This document shows, piece by piece, positions 54,527 through 63,972 of a stretch of 64,000 bases of DNA. A program made the translations under genes and the position numbers. Below the pieces are notes generated by a model. The model searched no databases. It had not been told where the DNA came from and was given only the letters and a program-made list of their open reading frames with translations. How positions within the stretch are numbered: position 1 is the stretch's first letter; every line of letters starts with the position of its first letter. Source of the DNA: Candidatus Flemingiibacterium sp. (lineage in GTDB: Bacteria > Bacillota > Clostridia > Oscillospirales > CAG-272); the NCBI GenBank assembly GCA_045578725.1, contig JAZNKS010000028.1:12955-76954 (forward strand). The letters run 5' to 3'.

Positions 54527-56896
54527 TTATTCCGTCAGCCATCCAAAGCGGACAGCCTCGTTGTAAATCTGCTCCAGAACCGTCACCTCGGGATCCGGCT
54601 CGGAATGATTCTGCGTGTTGTACAGCGCCATGCACCGATCGTACGCTTCCTTGAAGGCGGTGTAATCCCGCTCATCCTCATCCCGCTCCGCCTGCTCGCT
54701 GACGGCAAGATAGGCTCTGCGCAGACTGATCCGGTAATTCTTCGGATACCGTTTTTCCGCCTCATCAAGACATTCCATGCCCTCCCGGAAGCTGCCGGTG
54801 TTCTGATGGCAGATGGCCAGATTCAGCCAATCCTGCAGGGTGGCATAGCCTTCGTCAAGCACGACACGCAGAAGATCGGCGGCCATCGTGATGTAGAGTA
54901 AGTTCTCGTCCGCCACGCCGGTCACGCCCTGTCCCATTTCAAGATAAAGCTGGGCCATGCGGGACATCAGCGGAAGCCGCGCCGCCGTATGAAGGGTTTC
55001 GTAAATCGGCTCCAGAATCTCCCGTCTTGCCAGCTGGGCCTGGTGATCGTTCAGGCTGTTGGCCGTCACCAGATCGTCAAGCTTCAGCGCGGCGCGCACG
55101 CGGATGCTTTCATCCTCACTCTGGGATGCACAGCGGGTCAGTTCATCAATCGCCGCATCCAGATTGCCGAGTGCGCCGTGAATCTCACCGCTCAGCAGCA
55201 GCAGATCGTCGCTTCCGAGTCCGCGTGCCCTGGCCTGTTCGAGGGTTTCCTCCGCCATAGCCGCATTGCCGCTCCGTGCCAGCGCGATTCCGTAATCGCG
55301 GTAGTATTCCGGCCGGCCGCTGTCAAGGAAGATGGCCTTCTGATAATAGGACACCGCATCGGGATAATCGGCCATATTCAAGCTGCAGTTTCCGGCGATG
55401 TAATAGGCCTGCGCCATCTGGACATCGCCCAGCGTGCTTGGCAGATCAAAGACTTTTTCCTGCAGCCAGACAAGTGCGCCCTCGTAGTCGGCCATGCCAT
55501 AAAGCTCGGCGGCTGCCTGCAGGCGATCCGTCGAATTTTCCGCCGTCCAGCGCTTGAAGCCGAGGGCGGCCGATACCGTTCCGGCGGCAAATACAATGAC
55601 CAGCAGAACCGTTACAAGATCCTGCGAGATCCGCATTCTGCGATAGCGCCGGGTCGATTTTGCCAGATTGTTCAGCGCCTTCAGAAACTTTGCGCTGGTG
55701 GAGAAGCGTTTCTTCGGATCCTGCTCCAGACCGTGCATCAGAATCTGTGCAAAGGCATCGTTCACGGAGGGAACCAGCACCTCAACGGGCGTGATCGTAT
55801 CAAAGCAGCTCTCGGGCATCCGTCCGGTCAGCAGATGGTACATGGTAGCACAGGCCGCATAGATATCGCTGTACTCATTCATCCGCAGACGGGTGCCGTA
55901 ACGGCGGCGCATCCGTTCCAGACCTTCATCCATAACCGTCGCTTCCTGTCGTGCCGCTTCTGTCCGGGTAGCCGGCTTCTCCGCCGGCGTTTCGTCGAGT
56001 ACCGTTCCGCCGCGCACGGGTGCATCATCGATAATCGTTCCGCCGCGCACGGGTGCATCATCGATAATCGTTCCGCCGCGCACGGGTGCATCATCGATCA
56101 CCGTTCCGCCGCGCACGAGCGCATCATCGATCACCGTTCCACCGCGCACGGGTGCATCATCGATCACCGTTCCGCCGCGCACGGGTGCATCATCGATCAC
56201 CGTTCCGCCGCGCACGGGATTAGCGAGTGCCTGGGCAGCTTGTGCCTGGGCAGCTTGTGCCTGGGCGTTTTGTACTGCCTTTTCACGGCGGCGGCGCTTG
56301 AATTCATCCACGCTGAGGATCTGCTCAACCGGTGAATAGCCCACGCTGTAGCCGACCGTATCATCGGCTTTTCCGCCCGCGCTGACCGCGATATTGAAGT
56401 CGATCAGGCAGATATTGTCCTCCGGCGTCAGCATGATGTTGGCCGGCTTGACATCGCAGTGGATGATATGCCGCGGCGATTCGTGCAGATACTTCAGCAC
56501 CTCCGCCAGCTGACGGGTCAGGCGGATGACCTCCTTCTGGCTGAAGCGCCGTCCGTTGTCCAGATGCTCCTGCAGCGACTTGCCCTCGATAAACTCCATC
56601 ACCGTATAGGTTTCGTCCTCGAAGGACCAGAAGTCCACGATGCGGGGCAGATAGGTATGCTTCAGCTCCATCAGCGCCTGCTTTTCCATCTCACGGTCCA
56701 GCACCTTCAGCGCCTTGCTCCGGATCCGCTTCAGAACCACCTTCTGGCTGAGCCGGCGATGGATACCGGCATAGATAATGCCGCCTCCGCCGGTGGTATT
56801 GATGACCCGGATCTGATCATAGTTTTCATTCAGTTTTGTGTAGAATTCGTCTTTATCCCTGTAGAGGCTGCCGGAATCCGGCGTTTCCTGAATCAT
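54527..56896 (-). CDS. Ser/Thr protein kinase with an intra-domain repeat insertion, TM helix and C-terminal TPR region
   Basis: Gly-loop TTGGGGIIYAG, VVLKRI lysine, catalytic HCDVKPANIM, DFN in place of DFG, SPVE, then the insertion, then SDIYAACATMYHLLTGRMP. The TM helix is LVTVLLVIVFAAGTVSAALGF. TPR-like repeats run to the C-terminus. Confidence 0.85.
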   Translation of the reverse strand: MIQETPDSGSLYRDKDEFYTKLNENYDQIRVINTTGGGGIIYAGIHRRLSQKVVLKRIRSKALKVLDREMEKQALMELKHTYLPRIVDFWSFEDETYTVMEFIEGKSLQEHLDNGRRFSQKEVIRLTRQLAEVLKYLHESPRHIIHCDVKPANIMLTPEDNICLIDFNIAVSAGGKADDTVGYSVGYSPVEQILSVDEFKRRRREKAVQNAQAQAAQAQAAQALANPVRGGTVIDDAPVRGGTVIDDAPVRGGTVIDDALVRGGTVIDDAPVRGGTIIDDAPVRGGTIIDDAPVRGGTVLDETPAEKPATRTEAARQEATVMDEGLERMRRRYGTRLRMNEYSDIYAACATMYHLLTGRMPESCFDTITPVEVLVPSVNDAFAQILMHGLEQDPKKRFSTSAKFLKALNNLAKSTRRYRRMRISQDLVTVLLVIVFAAGTVSAALGFKRWTAENSTDRLQAAAELYGMADYEGALVWLQEKVFDLPSTLGDVQMAQAYYIAGNCSLNMADYPDAVSYYQKAIFLDSGRPEYYRDYGIALARSGNAAMAEETLEQARARGLGSDDLLLLSGEIHGALGNLDAAIDELTRCASQSEDESIRVRAALKLDDLVTANSLNDHQAQLARREILEPIYETLHTAARLPLMSRMAQLYLEMGQGVTGVADENLLYITMAADLLRVVLDEGYATLQDWLNLAICHQNTGSFREGMECLDEAEKRYPKNYRISLRRAYLAVSEQAERDEDERDYTAFKEAYDRCMALYNTQNHSEPDPEVTVLEQIYNEAVRFGWLTE
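56001..56218 (-). repeat. 33-bp in-frame tandem repeat, about 6.6 copies (encodes APVRGGTVIDD)
   Basis: The unit accgttccgccgcgcacgggtgcatcatcgatM repeats head to tail with only 1-4 substitutions per copy. An adjacent 15-bp repeat, gtgcctgggcagctt x2.7 (56228-56270), encodes AQAAQ. Confidence 0.9.
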
Positions 56897-57021
56897 TGAA
56901 TCAACCTCGCTTTATCCGTATTGCCGCTTCGGCATCGCCGATTCGGACGGCAAAAGAGTATACTTATAAGACTCTGTTTTGCGCATCCCGGTTTTATTCT
57001 GGATTGTAAATTATTTGTAAC

Positions 57022-57055
57022 AAAACAGGATGCCGTTTTTTCAGCATCCTGTTTT
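57022..57055 (-). terminator. hairpin terminator downstream of the lipoprotein gene
   Basis: A 12-bp stem aaaacaggatgc / gcatcctgtttt with a T-rich loop and flanks. Confidence 0.55.
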
Positions 57056-57066
57056 CACTTTTTCGA

Positions 57067-57582
57067 TTATTTCACGCGGAAGCTCCCGGCAATCGAGTCG
57101 GCCGCATCGGCATACGAATCAAAAGTGCCGGCCGTCGCCGTATAGACAACGGTATAGACATCCGCTCCGTCATACAAAAGATACATCCGCTGCTGGATGG
57201 TTGTTTCGATCGGCTGGGAATAACAGCGGTAGGTGAATACCACCGCCTCCATTCCGGCAAGCTCCGTCTTCTCCCGCGACACACCCTCATAGCCCGAGGC
57301 TTCGGATGCGGTTTCCTGCATAACATCCGCAAAGGCGGCAAGATCGGCGCATCCGGTGTCAGCAAGCGGCACGGATCCCGCATATACCACGTTTTCCATG
57401 AAGGTATCGTCCGCCGACTCAGCCGGCGCAACAAAACAGATGGAGGAAGCATCCTCTTCAATGCCCCATGTATCGGGGACAGAAAAGCTCACACCGAACG
57501 CCCGGCTGGCATACCGGCTCCCGCAGGATACCAGCGCCAGCAGAAGGAGCAGCGCGGCAGCGATAAATCCGACCCGCCTCAT
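57067..57582 (-). CDS. small secreted lipoprotein
   Basis: MRRVGFIAAALLLLLALVSC lipobox. 171 aa. ATGA overlap with the upstream oxidoreductase gene. Confidence 0.7.
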   Translation of the reverse strand: MRRVGFIAAALLLLLALVSCGSRYASRAFGVSFSVPDTWGIEEDASSICFVAPAESADDTFMENVVYAGSVPLADTGCADLAAFADVMQETASEASGYEGVSREKTELAGMEAVVFTYRCYSQPIETTIQQRMYLLYDGADVYTVVYTATAGTFDSYADAADSIAGSFRVK

Positions 57583-59384
57583 TTGAGAATCACCGAATAA
57601 ATCCGGGCCTCATCCGTGCCCCATGTGCGCATGGGAATCAGGCGGATCGCCTTTACATCCCCGCCGATTTCACACTTCCAGAGCCGGCGGTAATTGTCTG
57701 TCACCGAGATAAGCGGACGGAATTCGCCGTCACCGGCATCGGCCAGCACCTCAAAATCGCGCATCAGCGGCGCGGGCAGAACCTGCAGCTTCTCGCCGCG
57801 GAAGGTATTGTGGCGGGCCGGATAGCGGCGGTACATACGGTCCCAGTATTCCTCGCCCTCGCTGCTGTCGCGGTTGATATCGCTGTCGAAAATAACCGAC
57901 AGGCTCTGAACCCGGCGCGCACGGGGCAGTTCAATGTCGATTGCCTCACCGAGTCTGCCGGTATAGCGATGAGATTCTCCGCCGATCTCGCGGTCATATC
58001 CGTCAAAGAGCACCGAAGCATCCGCCTCTCCCGCCTTAGCCGTAATGCCGCCCATAACCGGTGTCAGCGCACGGCGGTTGAAGGGGAGCCAGCAATCGTT
58101 TTCCATCAGCGTCTGCTTCAGCTCGCCGATGTGGTTTTCGTACACGCCGCGCGGCGAGGTCTCGTGAGCCACGGCAATGGCCGCGGCCGTACCCATCGCC
58201 TGACCGAGGGTGGCACAGGTCGCCATCACGCGGCAGGAGGACATCGCCGTATGGGTGCAGGAAATGTTGCGGCCCGCGAACATCAGATTGGCGATGTTCT
58301 TTGAATACAGGCAGCGATAGGGAATGCCGAAGGGCGAAGGCGCCGGATGGAAGATAGTCGGATCCTCCTTTGTATCGAAGCCGCCCGGATGATGGTCATC
58401 CATCGACCAGCCTCCGTACGCGATCAGATCATGGAAGCGGCCTGCGGCGCGGACATCGTTCTGGGTCAGGATATGGTCACCGACATACCGGCGGCTCTCC
58501 CGTTTGCCCGGCAGGAAGCCTACCCAATCCAGCTCCCAGTTCTTCGCATCGTATTTGCCGGAGTTTTTGAAATAATCCCACACGCCGAAGGAAATCTTCA
58601 GCAGGCGGTGGCGGAGGATTTCGGTATCCGCAATCGAATCGTATTCGCCGCCCAGCTCAATCCACCAGTAGTTGTCATATTTGAAGGCATCGAGATTGTT
58701 GGGATTTACGCGGTGAGCGAGCGTTTCCTCGGTGAATTTCTCGGCCCAGTCGGGTGCCTTGAAGGGAACCTCCCGATCGGTTTCGCGCACCTGGAACAGG
58801 CAGGACATACCCATTGTGCGGGCATCGGACACGGCCGGTGCGATATCCTCGCCGAATTCCTCGCGGGCTTCCCGGCCCATCCGGAACTCGGCGCCGGTCA
58901 GCGGAGCCAGCACGCTGTCGCCTGAGCAGTCGGCGAAGATCTTTGCCTTTACGCTGTGATATTTCTGGGTGGTGGTCTGCCATCCCCTGACAGATACGAT
59001 CCTATCGCCGTCCATTTCGGCATCCATGCAGGAGCAGTTGAGAATCAGATCGATATTCTCCTCCTCAATGACCATTTCATAGGTTACACTGTCCCAGATG
59101 GAGAAATTGAGCGTGGGATTGCGGCGGAGATTTTTCAGCGCCAGCTCCTCTACCAGACCGGTTTCCTGATTGTTCCGCCCGTGAGCGCCGCGGATCCACA
59201 TCCGGACCTCGCTCGAGGCATTTCCGCCGACCACCGGGCGGTCATTCATCAGAACCACCTTCGCGCCCTGACGGGCCGCGGCTACCGCCGCAAAGAGTCC
59301 GGCCGCGCCGGCACCAATCACACAGAGATCGGCTTCATGCTCCACCGTATCAAATCCGAACCGTTCACTTCTGTGAATCATCAT
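57579..59384 (-). CDS. FAD-dependent oxidoreductase
   Basis: N-terminal Rossmann motif DLCVIGAGAAGLFAAVAAARQGAKVVLMNDRPVVGGNASSE. 601 aa. Confidence 0.8.
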   Translation of the reverse strand: MMIHRSERFGFDTVEHEADLCVIGAGAAGLFAAVAAARQGAKVVLMNDRPVVGGNASSEVRMWIRGAHGRNNQETGLVEELALKNLRRNPTLNFSIWDSVTYEMVIEEENIDLILNCSCMDAEMDGDRIVSVRGWQTTTQKYHSVKAKIFADCSGDSVLAPLTGAEFRMGREAREEFGEDIAPAVSDARTMGMSCLFQVRETDREVPFKAPDWAEKFTEETLAHRVNPNNLDAFKYDNYWWIELGGEYDSIADTEILRHRLLKISFGVWDYFKNSGKYDAKNWELDWVGFLPGKRESRRYVGDHILTQNDVRAAGRFHDLIAYGGWSMDDHHPGGFDTKEDPTIFHPAPSPFGIPYRCLYSKNIANLMFAGRNISCTHTAMSSCRVMATCATLGQAMGTAAAIAVAHETSPRGVYENHIGELKQTLMENDCWLPFNRRALTPVMGGITAKAGEADASVLFDGYDREIGGESHRYTGRLGEAIDIELPRARRVQSLSVIFDSDINRDSSEGEEYWDRMYRRYPARHNTFRGEKLQVLPAPLMRDFEVLADAGDGEFRPLISVTDNYRRLWKCEIGGDVKAIRLIPMRTWGTDEARIYSVILK

Positions 59385-59490
59385 GTCAGTATCCTTTCCG
59401 ATCAGCGGCCTCTGCGGCCGGATAAATACTTATTCTTTCGGTGCTTATAGTATAATACATAATCTGCCGTTTGTCAATAGCCAAACAAGG

Positions 59491-60243
59491 TCATACGCGC
59501 TTCAGAGGAAGCCAGTTTATCACATCCCGGATCCTGGCATCCCACCACGGCCAGCTGTGATTGCCCTCGCTCTCCGAATACGCCAGATCAAAGCCGAGTG
59601 TTTTCAGATGATCCCGCATCCGGCGGTTGGTTTCCAGCAGTCCATCCTCCGTGCCGCACCACTGATAGAGCCTTGGCTTCGGGCCATCCTTTTCGGCAAG
59701 GCGGGTGGATACGGCATACAGATCGTTCTCACTCCCGTCAAAGCAGGTTTCCCGGTCGCCGAACAGCATTTCTGCGTAGGGCGCGCGCACGCTCTGATAC
59801 ATCGTGGCCGGATTGAGCGCACCGGACAGCGAGGCCGCGCAGGCATATTGCTCCGGGCGGTTGAGGGCCAGCTTGAAGGCGCCGTAGCCGCCCATCGAAA
59901 GGCCGGCTGCGAAGGTTTTCTCCCGCTTTTCGGACAGCTGGCGAAAGAAGGCATGGCAGACAGAGGGCAGCTCCTTGGCCATAAAGGTGAAATATCGCCC
60001 CGCACCGCCATGCATATCGGTATACCAGGACAGATCACCGTCCGGCATGATGACAGCCAGCCCGGCCTCATCGGCATACCGCTCGACCGCTGTCCGGCGG
60101 GACCAGATCGTGTGATCGTCGCTCATGCCGTGAAGCAGATAGAGCACCGGAATGTCATCCTCTGCCGTCTGGGGCAGAATCACATTCATTCCGACCTGTT
60201 TTCCGAGTACGTTTGAAAAAAAGCAAACCTGAAGAAAAGCCAT
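59491..60243 (-). CDS. esterase-family alpha/beta hydrolase (esterase D / tributyrin esterase-like)
   Basis: PVLYLLHGMSDDH and the nucleophile elbow GLSMGGYGA. 250 aa. Confidence 0.8.
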   Translation of the reverse strand: MAFLQVCFFSNVLGKQVGMNVILPQTAEDDIPVLYLLHGMSDDHTIWSRRTAVERYADEAGLAVIMPDGDLSWYTDMHGGAGRYFTFMAKELPSVCHAFFRQLSEKREKTFAAGLSMGGYGAFKLALNRPEQYACAASLSGALNPATMYQSVRAPYAEMLFGDRETCFDGSENDLYAVSTRLAEKDGPKPRLYQWCGTEDGLLETNRRMRDHLKTLGFDLAYSESEGNHSWPWWDARIRDVINWLPLKRV

Positions 60244-60264
60244 CGCTGTATTCCTCCTGTAAAG

Positions 60265-61044
60265 TTATCGGCGCACGTCAATCGGGCGCACACCCGTCAC
60301 CGATTTGAAGGTGCGGGTGAAATAAGACTGATTTTCAAAGCCGCAGAGCCGGGCCGCCTCCCCGACCGTGCAGAGGCCGCCCCGGAGCATCCGCTCAGCC
60401 TCGCGGCATCGAAGATTGTTGATATACTGCACCACCGTACAGCCGGTTTCGCGGCGGAATTCCCGGCAGAAATAATACTTGCTCACCTTGACAAAGGCGG
60501 CCAGCTCGTCGATGGTGATCGGTCCGGCATAATGCGAATGAATATAGCCGATGGCCTGCCGCACGGAATCCCGGTGGGCATGATGCTCCGGAACCGGATG
60601 ACTGTGATGACGGCAGAGATGCACCGCCAGCGCTAAAATCGCGGCCTTGGCGGCCCCCGCCGCAAACGGCTCCTGTGAGCCGATCGCCTCCCGCACCGCC
60701 GCAAACAGACGGAGGGATTCCGCATCCCGCACAATCTCATCAAAGCGGAGTACGGTCAGCGGCAGATCGTTGTTCTCAGCGAACTTGCTGTCGATGATGA
60801 GGCATTCATAGGGTTTGCCGGGATGAATGCTGATGGCATGAAGGGCATTGGAATTGATAACGAAAAGATCACCGGCCTTCACCCGGTATTCCGTCCGTTC
60901 GCAGACCACATCCCGATCGCAGGGAAAGCATAGAATTTCCACATCGCCGTGCCAATGGGCAAAGCATCCGCAGGTGGCGGGATGAAAAATATACGGCTTT
61001 GACAGATCCGTTACGGTATGCGGCTCATACTGTATCTGTTCCAT
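60265..61044 (-). CDS. AraC-family transcriptional regulator
   Basis: The ATG at 61044 follows GGAGG. C-terminal HTH: IDELAAFVKVSKYYFCREFRRETGCTVVQYI...VGEAARLCGFENQSYFTRTFKSVTGVRP. Confidence 0.8.
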   Translation of the reverse strand: MEQIQYEPHTVTDLSKPYIFHPATCGCFAHWHGDVEILCFPCDRDVVCERTEYRVKAGDLFVINSNALHAISIHPGKPYECLIIDSKFAENNDLPLTVLRFDEIVRDAESLRLFAAVREAIGSQEPFAAGAAKAAILALAVHLCRHHSHPVPEHHAHRDSVRQAIGYIHSHYAGPITIDELAAFVKVSKYYFCREFRRETGCTVVQYINNLRCREAERMLRGGLCTVGEAARLCGFENQSYFTRTFKSVTGVRPIDVRR

Positions 61045-61214
61045 AGGACCTCCAGGGCAATATTGTGTCAAACAAAAGCAATAATCGATCTTGCAATTTA
61101 TCACTTAATATTATATAATAACCTTAGGAAAAGCGCAAGAGCTTTGCCGAAAATTTATGTCCGCCGCCGGATTTTTTCCTGTGCGGGCAATTCTGATAAA
61201 AAGGAGTATCTGCC

Positions 61215-62072
61215 ATGTACAATTTCCCGATCGGCGCAATCCTGGAATCCTTCCGCCTTGAAACAAAGGAAGCCATCAAAAAAGCGGCTGAACTGGGCCT
61301 GAACGGTCTTCAGATGTACGCTACCCAGGGTGAGCACGCCCCCGAAAATCTCTCCGGCGCCAAGGCAAAGGAGCTTCTGGCCTTCGTCAAGGATCACGGT
61401 CTGAAATTCTCCGCTCTCTGCGGCGACCTCGGCCGCGGCTTCGGCAATCCCGAGCTGAACCCCGCTCTGATCGAAAAATCCAAGAGGATTCTGGAGCTGG
61501 CCGGCGAGCTGGACTGCAATATCGTCACGACCCACATCGGCGTTGTTCCCTCCGATCCGAACCATGAGCGCTACAAGATTATGCAGGAGGCCTGCGGCGA
61601 ACTGGCCCGCTTTGCCGATTCTCTCGGCGCGCACTTCGCTATCGAAACCGGACCCGAAACCTCTGCGGTTCTGAAGGGCTTCCTCGACAGCCTCGGCTCC
61701 ACCGGTGTTGCGGTCAACCTTGACCCGGCCAATCTGGTCATGGTCACCGGCGACGATCCTGTCAAGGCCGTCCACAATCTGAAGGATTATATTGTCCACA
61801 CCCATGCCAAGGACGGCGTTCAGCTGGTCGCCGGCAATCCGGAATACATCTACCACGCCGTTCATCCCGTTCCCGAGGAATTCCAGGGTGTCAAGTATTT
61901 CGAGGAAGTACGCCTTGGCACCGGAAGCGTTGACTTCCCGGCTTATCTGGCCGCTCTGGAGGAGATCGGCTATAAGGGCTTTTTGACCATCGAGCGCGAG
62001 GTAGGCCCGACGCCCGCCGAGGATATTGCCATCGCCGCCAACTTCCTGCGTGATGTCATCTCCAAGAACTGA
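61215..62072 (+). CDS. sugar phosphate isomerase/epimerase (xylose-isomerase-like TIM barrel)
   Basis: 285 aa. The pattern ...NIVTTHIGVVP...FAIETGPE...VNLDPANLV...HTHAKDG...LTIERE is typical of the AP-endonuclease-2/TIM family. Confidence 0.8.
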   Translation: MYNFPIGAILESFRLETKEAIKKAAELGLNGLQMYATQGEHAPENLSGAKAKELLAFVKDHGLKFSALCGDLGRGFGNPELNPALIEKSKRILELAGELDCNIVTTHIGVVPSDPNHERYKIMQEACGELARFADSLGAHFAIETGPETSAVLKGFLDSLGSTGVAVNLDPANLVMVTGDDPVKAVHNLKDYIVHTHAKDGVQLVAGNPEYIYHAVHPVPEEFQGVKYFEEVRLGTGSVDFPAYLAALEEIGYKGFLTIEREVGPTPAEDIAIAANFLRDVISKN

Positions 62073-62086
62073 AGGGAGATTTCGCC

Positions 62087-63151
62087 ATGAAAAAGCTCCG
62101 TGTCGGCCTGATTGGCGCCGGCAACATTGCCAAGTGCCATCTTGGCTGCTATAAGGACAATCCGTATGCCGAGGTTGTCGCCATCTGCGACATCAATCCC
62201 GAAACGCTGAAGGCAACCGCCGACCGCTTCGATATTCCGAACCGCTATAACAGCGTCACCGAAATGCTGAACGGCATCGAGCTCGATGCCGCCGATGTCT
62301 GCGTCTGGAACTGCAATCATGCCGTCTGCACCATTGAGGCGCTGAATGCCGGTCTGGATGTCATGTGCGAAAAGCCGATGGCCATGACCGCCGAGGAGGC
62401 GCAGGCCATGAAGGATGCCGCCGACAAAAACGGCCGCCTTCTGATGCTCGGCTTTGTCACCCGCTTCTCGACCGAAGCAAAGATCGCCAAGGATTTCATC
62501 GACAACGGATACCTGGGCGATATCTACTATGCCAAGGCAACCTATCTCCGCCGCAACGGAAATCCCGGCGGCTGGTTCTCCGACAAGGCCCGCTCAGGCG
62601 GCGGCCCGATCATCGATATCGGTGTTCATCCGCTGGATCTGACCCGCTATCTGATGGGCAATCCGAAGCCGGTATCGGTCTATGCCGTAACCTCCGACTA
62701 TCTCCACGCCGAGCGCTCCAAGCTCAAAACGAGCGTTGGCTGGCGGCCGGAAGCCTCCAACCCTGGCCGGGATATCTGCGATGTGGAATCCAATGCCGTC
62801 GGCATCATCCGCTACGAAAACGGTGCTTCGACCCTGCTTGAGGCCTCCTATGCCCTCAACGGCGAATCCAGGGGAGACCGGATTCTCTACGGCACCAAGG
62901 GCGGCATCAGCCTGAACGACATGAAGATCTATTCCGAAATGAACGGCTTCTTAACCGATGTTTATCTGAAGGATATCAACTCCTACTACGATAACAAGGA
63001 AATGTTCCATGCCGAGATCGACCACTTCATCGACTGCTGTCTGAACAAGACCCCCTGTATGTCCCCCGCCGAGGACGGTGTTGTCATCATGAAGATTCTC
63101 AATGCCCTCTACGAATCGGCCAGAACCGGCAAGTCGGTGGATATCGACTGA
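62087..63151 (+). CDS. Gfo/Idh/MocA-family oxidoreductase
   Basis: N-terminal Rossmann motif MKKLRVGLIGAGNIAKCHL and the EKPMA motif (MCEKPMAMT). Confidence 0.9.
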   Translation: MKKLRVGLIGAGNIAKCHLGCYKDNPYAEVVAICDINPETLKATADRFDIPNRYNSVTEMLNGIELDAADVCVWNCNHAVCTIEALNAGLDVMCEKPMAMTAEEAQAMKDAADKNGRLLMLGFVTRFSTEAKIAKDFIDNGYLGDIYYAKATYLRRNGNPGGWFSDKARSGGGPIIDIGVHPLDLTRYLMGNPKPVSVYAVTSDYLHAERSKLKTSVGWRPEASNPGRDICDVESNAVGIIRYENGASTLLEASYALNGESRGDRILYGTKGGISLNDMKIYSEMNGFLTDVYLKDINSYYDNKEMFHAEIDHFIDCCLNKTPCMSPAEDGVVIMKILNALYESARTGKSVDID

Positions 63152-63198
63152 ATTTCATAACGTGCGCCCATCCGGATTCAATCCCGGATGGGCGTTCT

Positions 63199-63972
63199 TT
63201 ATTGCTTCAGACGCCTCCGCCGACGCCACTCGGCCGGCGGCATTCCGTTCTTTTTGCAGAAGAGCCGGTAAAAATGCGAATAGTGGCAAAATCCGCTGGC
63301 ATAAGCGACCGACTCGACGGTATCCGACGTGACCGCCAGCAGATATTCAGCACGCCGGAGCCGTCTCTCGTTCCGATAGGCAAAGGGCGTCATGCCATAT
63401 TCCTTCTCAAACAGGCGGATCACATAGTTGCGGCTGAAATGGAATTCTTCGCAGAGATCCGCCAGCGACAGCTCACCGAGCAGATGCCCTTCAATGAAAT
63501 CCGCCATGCGCGCCGCTGTGCTGTCCGACCTCTCATGGGGATCCGGTTGTCCGTACAGCAAAAGAAGCAGTTCCGTGAAACGGCTCACCTGCACGGCATA
63601 CAGCCCGCCGCCGTGATAAAGCCGGTCCAGCTCCTCCATCCTCGGCCGGAGCGCGCGGTCATCGAAGGTTCCGCGCCGCGGCAGAATCCCCGTCTCTCCA
63701 TCGGCCCATTCGCCGCGGAAATGGATATAAAGATATTTCGGGCAGTCGCTGGGGAGCCATCCCTCCTGCCGTCCGCCCATGCGCTGGATGTAATACTCAC
63801 CCGGATGCACCTCGGTCGGGATGCCATCCTCCGAAAAGCGGAGGATTCCGTCAAATACCAGAAGAAGGACATCTGATTCGCAGGTCCGCGTAACATGATA
63901 TTCGTTTTTGCTGAAATAGCGAAACGATGCCACTTCATACGTCATCGGCCGGTTCAGATTGATCCCATTCAT
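63199..63972 (-). CDS. AraC-family transcriptional regulator
   Basis: C-terminal HTH: LADLCEEFHFSRNYVIRLFEKEYGMTPFAYR...VESVAYASGFCHYSHFYRLFCKKNGMPPAEWRR. Confidence 0.8.
   Translation of the reverse strand: MNGINLNRPMTYEVASFRYFSKNEYHVTRTCESDVLLLVFDGILRFSEDGIPTEVHPGEYYIQRMGGRQEGWLPSDCPKYLYIHFRGEWADGETGILPRRGTFDDRALRPRMEELDRLYHGGGLYAVQVSRFTELLLLLYGQPDPHERSDSTAARMADFIEGHLLGELSLADLCEEFHFSRNYVIRLFEKEYGMTPFAYRNERRLRRAEYLLAVTSDTVESVAYASGFCHYSHFYRLFCKKNGMPPAEWRRRRRLKQ

Noticed and set aside
56001-56270. The 33-bp and 15-bp direct repeats considered as a CRISPR array.
   Set aside because: The repeats are contiguous with no spacers. They are in frame inside a kinase gene and no cas genes are present.
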